A stretch of 63,493 nucleotides of DNA, counting the filler, from Folioceros fuciformis (Eukaryota), in assembly GCA_049999805.1 (NCBI GenBank). It is 5 parts of 5 records of this genome, joined end to end, with 100 filler letters (N's around TTAATTAATTAA, not from the genome) between each part and the next. Parts side by side here need not be neighbours in the genome. Positions count along the whole stretch, not along the records: positions 1 to 26,945 come from JBNGIO010004063.1; 4 more parts are not named here. The stretch is one strand, 5' to 3'. The notes beneath the pieces were generated by a model. It saw only the letters and a list, made by a program, of their open reading frames with translations. It was not told where the DNA came from and did not search any database. Positions 11,700 to 25,949 of the stretch are shown here, piece by piece. Each line of letters begins with the position of its first letter. Position 1 is the stretch's first letter. The position numbers and the translations under genes are program-made.

Positions 11700-13520
11700 T
11701 CAGTTGAAGTTGACAAGGAAGAAGAGGAGAGCCAATGCTGCTATGACCGATATTCGATTGCCCCGCTCCAAGGGTAGCACACCTGCAGACGAGCTGCTCA
11801 ACGACAGACAAGCAACCAGATCCCACAGTCAGAGGGTGAGGCCGTGTAATGAAGGATTGAAACGGAAGCGAAATCCTCCTTGCACATCGGTAACATACCC
11901 TACGCTTGATTGGTAGAAGCATGTTGGAGTACCTGCCAATGAGGACAAGGGAACCACAAGGCATGAGCTTAAAATCCATGTCCAGCACCGCGAGGCAGCA
12001 TGGCAGGAAGATAAAAGGAATGCAGGAAAAAGACGCAGAACGCACTTGGATCGGTGGTGCTCAAGGTGGCAGCTCCAGAGAAATTGCAAGCTTGAGATTG
12101 GAAGCCGCTCCTGACCCAGAAGCTATTGAAAGCATAAGAAGCATGGTTGTAGATGGTGTTGGGCACGAAGCAGCGACCCCCCGGCTGAATTGGGCCGCAG
12201 TCCGCCTGGCCCTGCGGTCCGCAAGCCCAGTCCAGACCAGCCTGCAGACTGGCATTGGACGCACTCGTCCTCCCCACGCACCAAGCCCGGACTTGGTTTC
12301 CCCCGCCGTTGCCTCCTCCTCCGCCGCTCCCACCTCCCCCGGAGCTGGAACCCCCGGATGAGCTGAAGCTGATCTGGTACACCTGCTTCTGGTCGGGCGT
12401 GAAGAGCCCCCAGTTGCGCTCCGACGTTGGCCCCGGCTTGCCATTCTCATTGTAGAGCGCGAAGATGTAGACATCAATCTCCATGCCCACCTTCCCAGGG
12501 GTACCCTGATTGTTCAGCGAGTGCTTCACCAGGTTTCCGTTGAAGGCCTGCGCGTTGCTCACCGTGGCCGCCGTCTCCCCGGAGTCCCCCTTGGATGGCC
12601 ATCCCGCCTCCGACACCAGGACTGTGATCTGCGAGTAGTTGTAGAAACCAAGAGCAGCGTAGACGGCATCCACCTGCGCCTCGTAGAGGCCGTAGTACTT
12701 TAACCCGGAGCCGGAATCCACCACGGGCTGCGAGGCCTGGAGGAGGGCGTAGTTGAGGCTGATGTTGCCCGGATCCTGCACGTAGGCGTAGTAGGGGTAG
12801 GTGTTGACCATGAAGACGGAGCCTGTCTTCTGCAGGAAGGAGAGCATGTCCCGCACCACGTCATCCAGGCTGGTGTTAAACCTTCCCGCTGAGGGCGGAT
12901 ATGATTTCTGGAGCACGGACATGGAGTTGGGCGTGGACACCTTGATGCTCCCGTCCAGCTGCTTCTTGGTGAGCGCCGTGTGGATATTTACCATTGCCGA
13001 CACAAGGTACTGCGACAGGTTTGTGGTGGTGAGCACCTCGGTGCCCACCGCTACCATCTTGATGTTCACCTTGGGCACGTAGGCTGCCACATTGTTGTCC
13101 ACCCACTTGTTGGCCGCGTCCCCCGACATGGCCAGCCCCAGCAGCTCCTGGTTGGTCACCCCGACGATCACCTCTATGCTGCTCCCGGACAGAGCCTTGA
13201 GGGTGGAGGAATCCGAGTCGAAGAGGCGCACCCTGGTGATCCCGTACTGCTGAAGCAGCTGCACCGTCTGCGACGCCGGCGGCAAGTCGGTCGCCGCCCT
13301 CCCCCAGCATACTCCCACCTGCTTAGATCCTGCGCCCAAACCACCCACCACCGTCACGGGTGCGACAACACTTGTCAAAAGCATTCATCTCACAGACCGC
13401 CATGGCCGCAACATTAGAGCTGGCATTGCTGTACCCGCATTGGCATATACCTGCCACGCTGAAAAGGAGACACAGTCGCAGCAGCAGGAGCAATCCAGCC
13501 CAACCCATCCTCCGGTCCAT
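11700..13520 (-). CDS. GPI-anchored glucan endo-1,3-beta-glucosidase (GH17 + X8/CBM43), 4 exons: 13520-13451, 13329-12046, 11932-11899, 11793-11700
   Basis: Signal peptide exon (MDRRMGWAGLLLLL); GH17 motifs VGVCWG, VAVGTE, VNTYPY, VSEAGWPS, SERNWGLF; Gly-rich linker; X8 (WCV..LDWACG..ADC..CNF). GT-AG introns phase correctly into a hydrophobic tail SSAG..ISVIAALALLFFLVNFN*. Confidence 0.93.
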
Positions 13521-15349
13521 GGCCCTGGACTTTCTCCGCGCCTTCTTCAGCTCAGATCCATTCAGCTCGATTCCTCCCCAATTGGCAGCCGGCAATGCCA
13601 ATGCAGGCAGAATTAGGGGACACGCTATGTCACCGCCCCTCCGGTCTCCACTGCATCCGAATCCACCTGCTCCTTAATGCCCAGCTAACAGCGAATTTCG
13701 CCTCCCGTGAATCCGAGACCGCATTCAGCAATCTGGACCTGGGTCTGTGCATTGGATTGCACACTGACACTCCCTGTTGACCAAATTCCGGGAAAGCTCG
13801 GCCCAGATTTGACCTCCAATCCTACATACCCGGACTCACAATGCCGATGGGGCGATGGCGGAATGGAGAGAGTTCGAGAGGCGGACGCGAGGGGCGAGGC
13901 GAGGCGAGGCGGGGACAAGAAAAGGAAAGGGTGTACGGAGCGAGGGCGGGGAAGCGAAGGGGCTCTGGCTTGTTGCAAAGGGTGGCGATGGCTGCAACGG
14001 GGAAGACGCTGGGAGCTTGGTAAGGGGGTAAGGGACAGGCGGAAGAGATAGAGAGAGGGAATACAGTCCACCAGACCAACGGCCCATTCTAATTTTTTCG
14101 TATTCGGATGCATACTTACGTATTACGAGAATGTAAAAGTGGATGGTGATTCCAACAATACATACAGTACATACTCGGAATTGTAGTTTCAATTGCCTAC
14201 AGACCTACATACATACTTACCCTTGGGGTTCAGTGACAGGCCAAAAGGGTTGTCATGCACGGAGTTCCGACACCGAGAGTTCAATGGGATGGAGGCCCTC
14301 CGGCCGACGGGCTGACTGCTGGATGGCCCGACGGGCGAGGCAACCAACGGTGGGCCTCATTGGACACAGCAGAGAAGCCGCTTCAAATTTGGATGCAGCT
14401 GCCCAGCCCCTGCACCCTGCAAGCCGCAAGCTGCAAGATGCAAGCTGGATGTTGCAAGCTCGACGGCGTCCGCGATCCAGGGTGGAGGGGAATGTGCACA
14501 CGTCACGCATGTGGCCCCTCCAAAAGAGAAAAAGAGGTTTATTGGGAAACGTGATTTCTGGTCCGTACCGTGTACACACTACAGTCTGCAGGAGCAATAC
14601 TTCAACGGCTGCGGGTCGACCGATGTATGCCACACATCGTGCACTGCTGGGAGATCGTAACTGGATTGGTGGCCGCACGGCAGCCTGGCCGTTGCCAATT
14701 TGAAAAACACAGAGCCCGGACCCACGTCTCTGGCATCCACCAGATCTGGATGTATCTACAAACATTTTTGGGATGGCAGGGCAGGTCCCATGTATGTATG
14801 TACACAGCCCCACTCAACGGTAGGCTCGCCAAGCTCCGCCAGTTCGATGTTCAATGTCCGACGTCCACCCCACCCGCAAAACCCCACTACACCCAAAGTG
14901 ACTCTGTTTTCTAGTATAATAAGAGAAACGGAGTGCATCGGACTTCATATGCCCCGCTCTACGTCTACGTCTTGCAACTGCAGTCTTGGCATCTGGAGCA
15001 CTTCAGTACTGGCCCGCCACGAGGTGGCCATGGCTGCCGACTTTGTCCACACACCTTTGTGCGCGCCCGCGAGACAGGACTGTGGCTGACGACACGGTCT
15101 AGGTACGTCAATTTTAAATTGTGTAAGCAGACAGAAAGGACATCAACCCCGCAGCATCTCTCCTGGCTCTCGAGAACCTCTGGTTGGCTGGCATGCTCTC
15201 TGCCTCCTTCGTTAGCCTGCAAGACCGCGGGAAGCTTGATCATGCATTTGATCGAGTCCACAGTGTGTTTGATGCCATGCTGTTCGACGACGGAATCGAA
15301 TTGATTGTGCTCACCATCCCCTCATGACTCAGTGCTACTACAATTATAC

Positions 15350-16800
15350 GAGTAACAGTACCACCACTCCGACTGCATACCAGCGACTCACATCCAGTGC
15401 TGTCATCCTCATCACACGCATACCAATCGGACCATTCTTTGTCTCAGCATCCTTTATACGTGGCCACGGCCACGCTATAAAAAACCAGGCGTCCATCTTC
15501 TTCTTTCCAGAAACTGTGAGGACAACTGCATGCCTTTCTGCAAGCTGCCACCGCGTACAAAGGAGTCCAGAAGAAGGCAGGCTTGCGAAAATAACTTCGT
15601 CATCCACAATCGGGCCCTCCCCTCCTGCGAATCCATTTTTCTGCACACAACAAGCGCCTCTTGGTCAAGCTTTTGCTGGGCGTACCCAGCAATGCGGGCG
15701 GTTCTTGTCAACCAAATTGTTTGTAGACAAGCCATCAGAGACGCGCCAAGCATCTCCCAATTCGCCACATTTTGCATACTTATCCACCAAGCTGTTTCCC
15801 ACTGGTAAGCTAGTCAGACGCCATCCACCAGAACCGATGAGTGAATCTGCCTGCCCTTCCGTAGGGCATTATCCCGTGCACAGGGCTTCGGCCTTCAGAT
15901 GGCCCAGCAAAAGGAACATGGCCACCACAACCAGGCCCTCAAGCTCCATCTTCATCATTCAGCACATGCTCCTCGTCACCAGCCCTTGCTGTGCATACCC
16001 AGGTATCAGGTTACTCCATGTAAGCGCATCCTGTATGGCCAAGCTGTCAGAAACCCTACGCGCATCTTCCAGTTCGCCGTATCTGCCATACATGTCCACC
16101 AAGTGCAGGTGGACACCACCATGTTACCTTGCAGTCCTCTTTCCCCAATCTAGCCTTCTATAATGCAACTGAACATGCACACACCTTGAGAGGGCAAGAA
16201 AAAGTAACCTCCAAAGCCCCAATCAGGCCGTCCTGCTTCGTTTGGCCATGCAGAACAAGAGCATTGTTGCCGAAACCGTGTTGTGGCATGCACACTCGGG
16301 GAAATGATGGCGTCCACATCCTTGTCGGCCAAACTGTCCAAAACCTGGCGTGCATCCTCAACCACTCCACACTTCACACACATGCTCAGCAGGCACATGC
16401 CTTTGAGTATGTAATAATCTACCCGTCCTCCTCACACAATCGGTCAATGCAGCTGCCCACGAGCACATACCATCAGAAGACAAGTAACAATGACATGGGT
16501 CAGCCACGATTAATCCATCTCGCTCCACTTGTTCATGCGGAAAGCGCGCCTCTTGACGGACACGATGATCGGAGCCGTCCATGTCAATCAATCGAGTCGT
16601 GTGACCAAGATATCAAAAATGCAGCGGACATCCTCCGATTCGCACATTTTTGCATTTTGGATTATGTCCACCAATCGGCTGACAACGAAGAGGCTGCCAC
16701 TGATGCCAGTGTTCGAGACATCGAAGTCCACTTTTCTCCCAAATTTCAAGTCGGCGGAAGGTGCACAAGTTTGAAGAGCACCCACAAAGATGTGAGCATC
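15350..16800 (-). pseudogene. PLS-class PPR pseudogene
   Basis: Fragments such as LLSMCVKCGVVEDARQVLDSL, LVDMYGRYGELEDARRVSDSL..TWSNLIPGYAQQG and LVDKYAKCGELGDAWRV, broken by frameshifts and stops. Boundaries approximate. Confidence 0.8.
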
Positions 16801-17849
16801 TGCGTTGCACACCCAGCCTACGCATCTCAGGGTAAAGTTGAATCCCCTCCTTTGGTTTCCGGGGGATTGAAATGTGAGGAGCCGGGGCAATACTACGTGA
16901 CGGCATCCGGTTTCCCCACCCTGGTGAGCACATCGCGGGACCTTGTACCCTACCTGACAGCAAATAAATGATGCTGGATATGGCCCAAATATGTAAGTAC
17001 AGTACAGAGGTATGTACACATGCAGTTCCTTCGTACTCCATTACATACCAAGTACAAGCTAATAACCTACAGTATCTTAGATAGGAGAGGCCCAACATCC
17101 GCAGGCTTTTTCTGGCATATAAACTTATTCCGCCGCCGCCCTCTCCATCTTTTATATGGGTTGGGTACCCTTCGTACTTCCTCTCTTTGGTTCTTGAAGC
17201 AGTTTGGTTACCACCAGCATAATTTGAGGCGTGTTTCCTGTTCTATGATTTTTTTCAGCACTCTCCTCGATTGAGTTTATTACTGCCGTTAGTGTACTCT
17301 ATCAACTTCCTTTACACTCAATCCCTACGATGACGCTACCCACGCTTTTGTTCCTTTCTTTTAGGAACAAAGTTTGGCAAGCTAATAGTGTCTTCGATGT
17401 TCAAGGGGTGGGCTTTCGGGCATGAAGGTGTGGCATCCTGTCTCCATCATTTTCGGGTCGGCCAAGCCCTACCAAAGGAGTCTCAAGGTGGATGGCTATT
17501 TTTTTTTTTTTTTTTTTTTTTTTTTTATTTTATATTTTATATTACCAGCATAAATTATGGTGTAAATTACGAGATTCCTTTGCAAGAGGTCGATAAAGCT
17601 GATTTTTTATTACACTTAAATTACAACAAAATACAAGGTTACACTTGTAAAGTTAGTAAAATTACATGGCATGTATAAATTTACACACCTTCTATAATTT
17701 ACAGTGTATACATAATATAACTGTAAAATATATAAATATACATTAAAAAAAGTTAAACATACGTCGTATATTTGTAACATGTAAAATAATCCATATATGC
17801 AAAATATTGTAATTTCAAGTAAAGATCCAAGAAAATTAACTTATAAGCT

Positions 17850-19760
17850 CAAAATGGAGACACTTTCTTCTTCTTCATGTTTTCACTCTCCTCCCAAGAT
17901 CTAGATTCTACTTCTTCATTCTCCTCCATTTCACCATGGCGGATGTCTTCTATACCACTTTCTGCAACCACTTGTATTGGTTCAAGACTTTCTAAGTACG
18001 CCGTTCAACCCTCCCAATCTGTTGCTTCAATAGTAGCATTGTGTCGTTTTAACACTCTAGTATTATAGTAAACATAGACAAGCATACCAACCCTATGCAC
18101 CATGGTTCTAGCTCTTTTATCACGCCAAACATGTTTCCAAGCACTCCAGTTTCTTTCCCCTCCTATTGCAGTTGGAGGAATGCTCAACAACTTCTTTGCT
18201 ATATCTACAAGTTGTGAACATTCCTCTCCATATGCTTTCCACCACACCACACTATTATGCATCAACCCTTCTTGAAAATGTAGCTCCTCATCAATGCATA
18301 ACTTACCAAGTCTAAGGCGATAGTGGTTGAACTGCAACAAAACACTATGAACTTCTCTGGTATTAGACGCCAATGCCTTCCTAATACGCTCACCTTTCAA
18401 CCTATCAGCTGGAGAAATGCCAGGTAGCAATTTCCTATGCTTTGAATCTACCATTGTTGCAGCAATGAAGCAATCATGCCAACCAAACCCCTTCCGCGCA
18501 CTCCACAAATCTCACAAGTAAAGAACTACTTCAGAAAACTTAAGCAGAGTTACTCCCCTGTTGCCTAGGATCATTGTCTTGTATTAGCAATTGACCAAAA
18601 GTGATAGTACTTTGCTCATTAAAATGCACCTCAAGCTTCTCTAACATCCAATAAGCATCTCCCAAAATAATCATTCCCCCTTCTAGTTGATATAAGACAT
18701 CACATATATGTTGAAATACAGAAATAAAGTACTTCACGTCCAGCCAAAATGTTCCAGCACTATCTGTTACCTTCCGAGCAATCCCAAAACTTTCATCTTG
18801 TGGAAAGGCCGAATCATCCACGACTGCGAGAATGGCCTGCTTGTTAGCTATCAAGCTATTCATACTTAAAAGGAAGCTAGCAAATCTGGTTTCATATCCT
18901 TCTGCAACTCTCGCTTGATCTTCAGTCTCCGTCAAGCCTTTTTCAACAAACCATGTGGAGCTGTCTTCGTTGTGAAGAAATGCACCACCTCCTTAGCTTC
19001 TACTATTGTTTTTGTCACTGCCTCCAATGCACCAATATCTTTCAACAATAAGTTCAATACATGTGCTAAACACCCAAATGTTATAAGACTTAGTTGATGT
19101 TCTTGCAGATGCTCCCATGCTACTTTCATGTTGCCGGCATGGTCAGTAATCACTGCAACAACTTTATTTTCTAATCCATGCATGTTTCTTAATAACCTCT
19201 ACAAATCTCTCCTTAATGTGAAGGCCAGTAACACTATCCGCCTCTGTACTGACCATTTCTAAGAAGATACTTGCATCAACATAACATGCTTGAAAATTCA
19301 AAATATGATCAGAACCCCTCTTGCGTGACCACCCATCACTAGTAAGAGTAACATCTTGTAAGCTTTCATGTACTTTTCCACATCAGCTGACACTTCCTTA
19401 TATATCTGTTGCAAGTATGTATTTGCCAATCACCAACAAGATGGTAATTGAAAGGCAGGCCTCAACAACTTAAAAAACTCCTTACAACTCTCACTTTCCA
19501 CAATATTAAAAGGCAACGCCATCTAATATAAAGCTTTAGCAAAAGAAACTTGTAACTTTGCATTTTCCTCACGGGACATAACATCTACAAATGCATTTGG
19601 TGTTGTTTTCTTCCCACTCATTGAGGCACCTATGGAAATAGCAGTCAAAGTACCTTGTTCAGATCTTGGTTGCACACTGGCCTTCATTATAGCATTTTTC
19701 ACCTCCGCCACCACATTTTGTAACTCCTAAGCTTGGTCACTTGTTAAAAAACTAAAGTAA
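17850..19760 (-). mobile_element. Degenerate hAT transposase (DUF659 + hAT dimerisation domain)
   Basis: TLTSDGWS, VITDHAGNM, CLAHVLNLLLKD, TRFAS, WWKAYG..LLSIPPTAIGGERNWSAW..LVYVYYN. Frameshifted; TIRs not identified. Confidence 0.88.
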
Positions 19761-20049
19761 ATGGAACTTCAAGCGGGAAACATTTTTATTTGATAGGACT
19801 TGGGAGCAAAAGTTGCATTATCGTTTAACTTCATTGCCAACTTGGATTGTATGAAACAAGTCTCTAGCCCAACTTTTCTTGGTATTACGTGGCCTTTTTC
19901 TAGAAACAACAGTTAGTGGAAGGGCACTAGGTCCCCTTTTAGCAAGTCGTCTACTATGCTCCATGTTTAGCAACCTGGACTTGACACATCATAAAGCAAA
20001 GCATTCAGATATCTTCATATAAAACATCACAAAATAGAGCATCCAGATA

Positions 20050-20195
20050 GCATATGTGAGAATAGCATGTGCGAGAAAACTGCGAACAAAATGCATGCAA
20101 GAAAACTTGTGAGAAAACTGCGAACAGAATGCTTGCGAGAAAACCTACAAGAAAACTGCAAACAGCATGCCTGCAAGAAAACCTGTGAGGAAATA
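20050..20195. repeat. Short degenerate tandem repeats (gagaaaactgcgaaca / gcaagaaaac units)
   Basis: Repeated motifs visible directly upstream of the hAT relic; possibly subterminal repeats. Confidence 0.6.
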
Positions 20196-22759
20196 GCGAA
20201 TAGCAACACGTTGGTCTGTGCACTATAGGTACTCCAGGCAGGGTTTGTAGATGGGCGATGCTTCTTCGGGCTCAAAGCTGCGCGGTAGAGTGCAAGAGAA
20301 CTAACAGTTCTCATCAAGAAAGATGGCAGAACGTGCTACCGAGATTGGAGAAATTGCACCAGAGAACTGAGTGTGTTTGGAAAGCTTAGTGAAGAGCAAA
20401 AGATGCTATAATTGGTAGCTTGCATAATCATAGCTACCAACACCAATTCAAAATAACAAGAGAAGAACATATTGGAAGCAATATGATTATTATGTCATAA
20501 GGTAAACACCTTTCAACATCACCGTAGTAGCAACTATTAGAAGGCTTATAGTTCTTCCTATGGATCCCTGACACAAAGATATAAAGGGCGCCCTTGTTAG
20601 GCCTCCAAATCCATGACAAACCACCTGATCCAAACCCCTTGCACAGTTCGATGCAAATCAAGAAAACGTTGGAAGAGCCAATGCAAAAGTATCTTACTTA
20701 GGGTAATAAGGCATGCTGGATTGATTTTTAGAATGAACATGAAGAAATAGCACATAAAATCAACTTTTGAATGCATTGGACTTTAGGGACACCGTGGGTG
20801 TGGTACTATAGGCAAGAGGTTGAGAGGAATGTAAATCTTAAATAAAATATGATGTGAAGTTGATTTGACATACCTTTTTTTAGATGTGTTACATCAAAGA
20901 ACATGTACTTCGGTAACTACAAGCCAACTAAGAATGCTATCTTGGAATGTGATAGACTAAATGGAGACATTTCCAAAATCAAGTGCAAAGATATGATTGC
21001 AATGCCACGTGAGGGAGATGATCAAAATAGGAGATTTTGGATCACACAAGTGGAAGAGTTGGATTTTTCATCGATAAAAGGTTGCATAGTAATCTAATAG
21101 TGGGCCATTGAAAATACCAATGCCTTTGAAGACCATTATCTCCTAGAAAAAATATGTTCTTTCAAATGGCATAAGAAGGTCCCATGCTACCAACATCATA
21201 AATAATGAAAGAATCTTGAGCACTTACAAAATTCGAAGATATTTATATAAGTGTATGAATTTAGCTTGACATGAAAAACACTCTTTAAGTCTGAACACAA
21301 GAGCTCATTAAATCCAAATTATTTGAACTTTAACACCCACTTGCACTCAGTCTTGAACGCACCAATGACAATGGAGTTGCATAAGCACAAATGCATGGTG
21401 GTTTTGTTGCGCACCATTTGCACTATGAGGCTACATCTGCACTCAATGGGAGTTTATGTATTCCTCACAATATAGCACATGAAGAGGTTCCTCAAACATC
21501 TATCTCTGGGCCAATCGCTAGAAGAACATGAGGTTTGTGCGTAGAGAATATTCTTCCATCATATTCATCGTATGGATGCTATGATTGTCACTTACAGGCT
21601 ATGTGCTTTCTCCATAGCAATAAGTCTCATGCTTGTGGCAGTGCTACCACTACTAAGGCTACCAACCTACTCAACCACTATCCATGTGCACTTGCACTTA
21701 ACCTCACCCGTTTTTTGGGGATTGCTTGACAAACCTAAGAGGCTTGTCACGTGAACGATTAATTTGTTACAAGGTAGCTATTATCTTGCGCAAGGGGTTT
21801 GCATTAACGACCATTGGCCCTGCAATTGGCCTACAAGGATTGAACTAATCATACCATGCTCGTCTTTAGGATTCAAAGGTATGGGATTTAGTGGTAATGT
21901 TGAAAGACATCTTGAGCAGCAAGCCTTGGGTGTTAAAATTAGAGAGAAAGCAACCTTCCTACATACTGCATTGGGAGGTTCACACTTTGAACACACACAC
22001 ATTGCAATTCTAGCATTTCGGTACATCTTCAATCAGGTCACAATTCCTGAAATAAGCAGGAACCGTAAACTACATATGGTCTTAGCTTATCATATGACGC
22101 GGCCCTATGAGTGTCTATGGCATGCCATGTACAGCTGCAAACGTAAGTGGTGTAGAGCCCTAAACCAAGAATCATAACATAAGTAATGAGCCCGATGCAA
22201 ACCTCAAATTGAGCATGAACATATAAACAACAAGGGAGTTGAGGGGTGTGGAGTGCTTTGTAGCAGAAAGAATGTAAGAGCGTGATTGCCACAATAATCT
22301 TACACGTAGGTTTTTTTATGACTCTAAACATGTTTTTTTTTGCTAGAAGGGTATTTTTCATCTAAGCACCAAAGCGGTTACATGTGGTGTTACAAAAGAG
22401 AGTAGATAGTTATTGTTCCTTTAGCATGCCAAATTTCTCTTTGGCAATAGCCGTAGCAAGAAAAAAAAAACTGCTTTAAGGTCCCACAAAGAAAAGTAGT
22501 TCCAAACATGGTTATAAATTTCAAAAGATTTTGTTTTTGTGGTTGTAGACAATCCTAGCCTTGTGGCTTGTAGTGCTTTGGTAGTTTATGATCAACAAGC
22601 CATTTCATATTTGGTTAATGGATTAAGTAATGACTCTTTTTTCTCAACTACAAGATCGAGATGATAAGGTGGTGATTTTAGGAGCTTGAAGTGAATACAA
22701 GGTAGTACAAAATAAACTGTTAGAGTCTCTCAAGTCTCTTAGCTAGTCAGAAGAGGCAA

Positions 22760-23700
22760 CATCTATACTAGCCGATGCATACCATCAGATTGCATCTTAT
22801 GCATCTCAATGCTGGAAAGTGGGGAACAAGAACTTGTTTGAAATTTCCAAAGAGGTTGCTAGTACTTGTCAAACGGACAATCTATGCGCAAGAAGTATAA
22901 GCATAAGCTAGAAAATCTTAAGAATACGTACCACAAAGAGAAGGAGATGAGATAAAGTATATATTAGGTTAATTCTACGTAGCCTCATTTTCAAGCTTTG
23001 GCTTCTATTTGTGAAGGCAACCCAAAGTTTGTAGTTATTCTTTATGCTCAAGATTCAGGTAGTGGTATTGGCATCATTCTAGAGAGTGATTTCAACAATT
23101 TCTATCACTGCATTGTTTGATTTGCATGTTATCGATGCTGTGGACACTAGAAAAACTCTAAGATGCCACTTTCTTGCATTAGCTCTCTGTTTTCTACATC
23201 AAACACTTTCACTTTACGAAGGCTACTACCAACAATCCATCTTCCTAGGCATGGGCGAAATATAATGTGCTTTTTGGGGATTCTAATGTGTGACCTTTTT
23301 ACATGCATGTCACATAGATTGATGTGAAATTGGTTGGGCTCTGAATTTGAAGAAGAAGATACAGAAGAATCCCCTTGTTGAGATAGCAAAGAATTTTTTT
23401 GACTTTGTGCAAAGAAAAAGAATGAGGAGAAGATGGTCTTCTACATGCCTCGAAAACTAGTTGATTAACAAGCTTACTTCTCTTGCTCAAAGTTTAGCTG
23501 CTATCAAGTATGCTTGATTGTCAAATCAATTTCCAAAGGAAAAGCTATTGTTGGAATATGAGAGAAAAAATCAATTGAAGTTTCACAAGCTCATGTTTAA
23601 ACATGAGATAAGGAGAGAGTGAATGCAAATAGACAATCAGATTTGCATGGCAAAAGCCTTAGCTGGAAGGAGGTCTTCTAAGAAAGCAGCCTTGTAGAAG
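22760..23700 (+). pseudogene. Decayed Myb/SANT (trihelix)-like ORF, probable PIF/Harbinger partner gene
   Basis: KKYKHKLENLKNTYHKEKE resembles trihelix helix 3, followed by charged coiled-coil-like sequence. Convergent with the Harbinger transposase relic. Confidence 0.45.
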
Positions 23701-25949
23701 GAAGAGAGCCCTTGATAACAAGGACATGTGTTCCATTTTCAAGTTCGCATGTTTGTGAAAGCCTTCCAATTTCTACTTATGAGTATATATGCGTGTGTGT
23801 GCGTGTTTCCAATTTCAAGTTTGCATGCATGTCTTGGAGACTGTTTCAATTTCTACTTACAAGTATATGTGTGAACACATAAGGCTTTAGCTTATGAGCC
23901 TAAAATCAATGTGAGTCTTTTATGTCTTCTATGTGTATATAAGAGTAGTATAATTAAATTTAATTATTTTATATTTATAATAAAAAAAAGCTTCATTCTA
24001 TAACAAACTCAAATTCTATGTAATCTAAATTTTCCTCAATATTTGAGGCTTTCCAATGGTCGAACAATGCGTTCCTTCGTTGCGTTCCTTCGTTCCTTGG
24101 CTTTATTATAGAATATTTTGTTGGAAACACCTTATCAAAAATTGACATGTCCCTTATTATGTAATGGATCCGTATCTACATCAATATCGGATGTTGATAG
24201 AAATAGTTTGGATCTATCCACAAAAATAGGGGTTTGCCTTAAATCCAAACTTTGAATGGTTATTTCTGCTATTGAACTTGGCTTTTACGAGTTTTTGTTG
24301 GTGAATAAAATTTGACAATGCACACTTCTCATGACGTAATCCCACCATAAACGATATGTCGGAACATGAATGTATTAGATTTTTGTCCAAGCATGATTTT
24401 GCATGTCTGTTTATATTCTTTGTTCACAAAAACTCTTGCTTTCAGCTTTTGTTAGATTAATTTCAACTCGTAGGAATTTAGTATGCAAAACCTACATGTA
24501 ATTGGGGTGTACCCAAGAGTGTGGCATGCATTTGGGACCATGGTGACATATTGGAGAACTCAAGGCAATTCAAAGATACGGCAAGCCAGGCACTCCCTTC
24601 TTCCTCTTTTTTTTCAACACTCAGTGTTGAAAAGATGTTTGAGTGACCTTAAATGCCTTCAAAAAATGGGCTTAGGATTCGAATCCTAGGGTTCATTATC
24701 TTTTTACTCTCCCCACATTTAGGAGCCTTTAAATCAATATATTGATATCTAAAAGTGTGAATTAGAAGCCAAGTGGCATTTACAAGTCCACGGTAAGAAT
24801 CAATTGTCATACAAAAGTTTTCGCTACGAGAAACCATCACGCATCAGTGTGCACCATGGCCACGCTAGCGTGCATTTGTATACGAAATGACCGAATTGCT
24901 GTGCACTTGTGTGCGCGATGACGAAGATGGCAAGGCCCAAGCTGGCGTGCACAAGTGCGCACAAAAAATTAGCTAACACACATTTTAAGCACATAATATT
25001 AAAATAATCCTAAAAAATAGCAAAAAAAATACAAAAAAATCCCATTTTCTTGGCAAGCATTCCATGGCTTCAAAGGTTTTACAAGTTTTTTCTCCCCTAT
25101 CTTTACTATTTTTTGGATTTGTTTTGTATAAAAAGTCCATTTTGATTGTTTTTAACCTCTTTTTGCATAGCTTTGTAGTAAGAATATGAGTTCATTTGAA
25201 TACTAGTCCTCATCTTTCTTTTGATGATCTAAACCTTGAGTTAGTAGTGAAGACTTTAAGTGTGGTTGCATCATAGGATGTTTAAATACCTTTTACAACA
25301 TACGTTATTTGAACATACATTCTCCAACGTCGCTTCGCAGATGTACCTGAAGAAATGGCAAACAAACCTCAAGAGCCAAATCCGATGGCAAACCAAACAA
25401 AGACAAAAGACGATATTATTGTCCCCATGACTAAAAGGCTAGAATCTTCGTGATTTGAAGGATAAGGCCTTTCGTTGATAGGTTGTATGCATGTAAGTAG
25501 GTGGGCACACACTTGTGCACATCTTGGTACTGTAGTGCACTTGAAAAATAGCTGAATTGTAAAACATATTTAAAGCACACCTTATATCAATGTTCGCTTT
25601 TCTCATAAAACAAAAGTTTGTAAATTCATGTAGCAAGAGCCATTGGCCTTCTCAAACCCTCGACCTACATAAGAGGGCATTTTTTGAGGGAAGTACGATG
25701 CCATACAACTCGAGTAAAAGGCAAAAGAAGGGTTTGAGGTTAAACCCAATTTATTTCACACGCTGTTACCCCTAAGTTGTGGCTTGCTCACAAAAATGCA
25801 AAAGTTGTGTGGAGCACAACTTGGGAAGCATACTTCAATCAATCGCATATTCAAGTTCATAAGAATTCTCCACTTGTTCTTCAACAAAGTATACGCATTT
25901 TAAATCCTCATTCACCCTCCACATACGTTTCTGTTGAACATAGCCTTAT

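Noticed and set aside
13600-15300. Numerous overlapping short ORFs upstream of the glucanase
   Set aside because: GC-rich promoter/UTR sequence yielding chance ORFs.
15324-16971. Two ~280-aa plus-strand ORFs
   Set aside because: Antisense to the PPR pseudogene; no independent coding signal.
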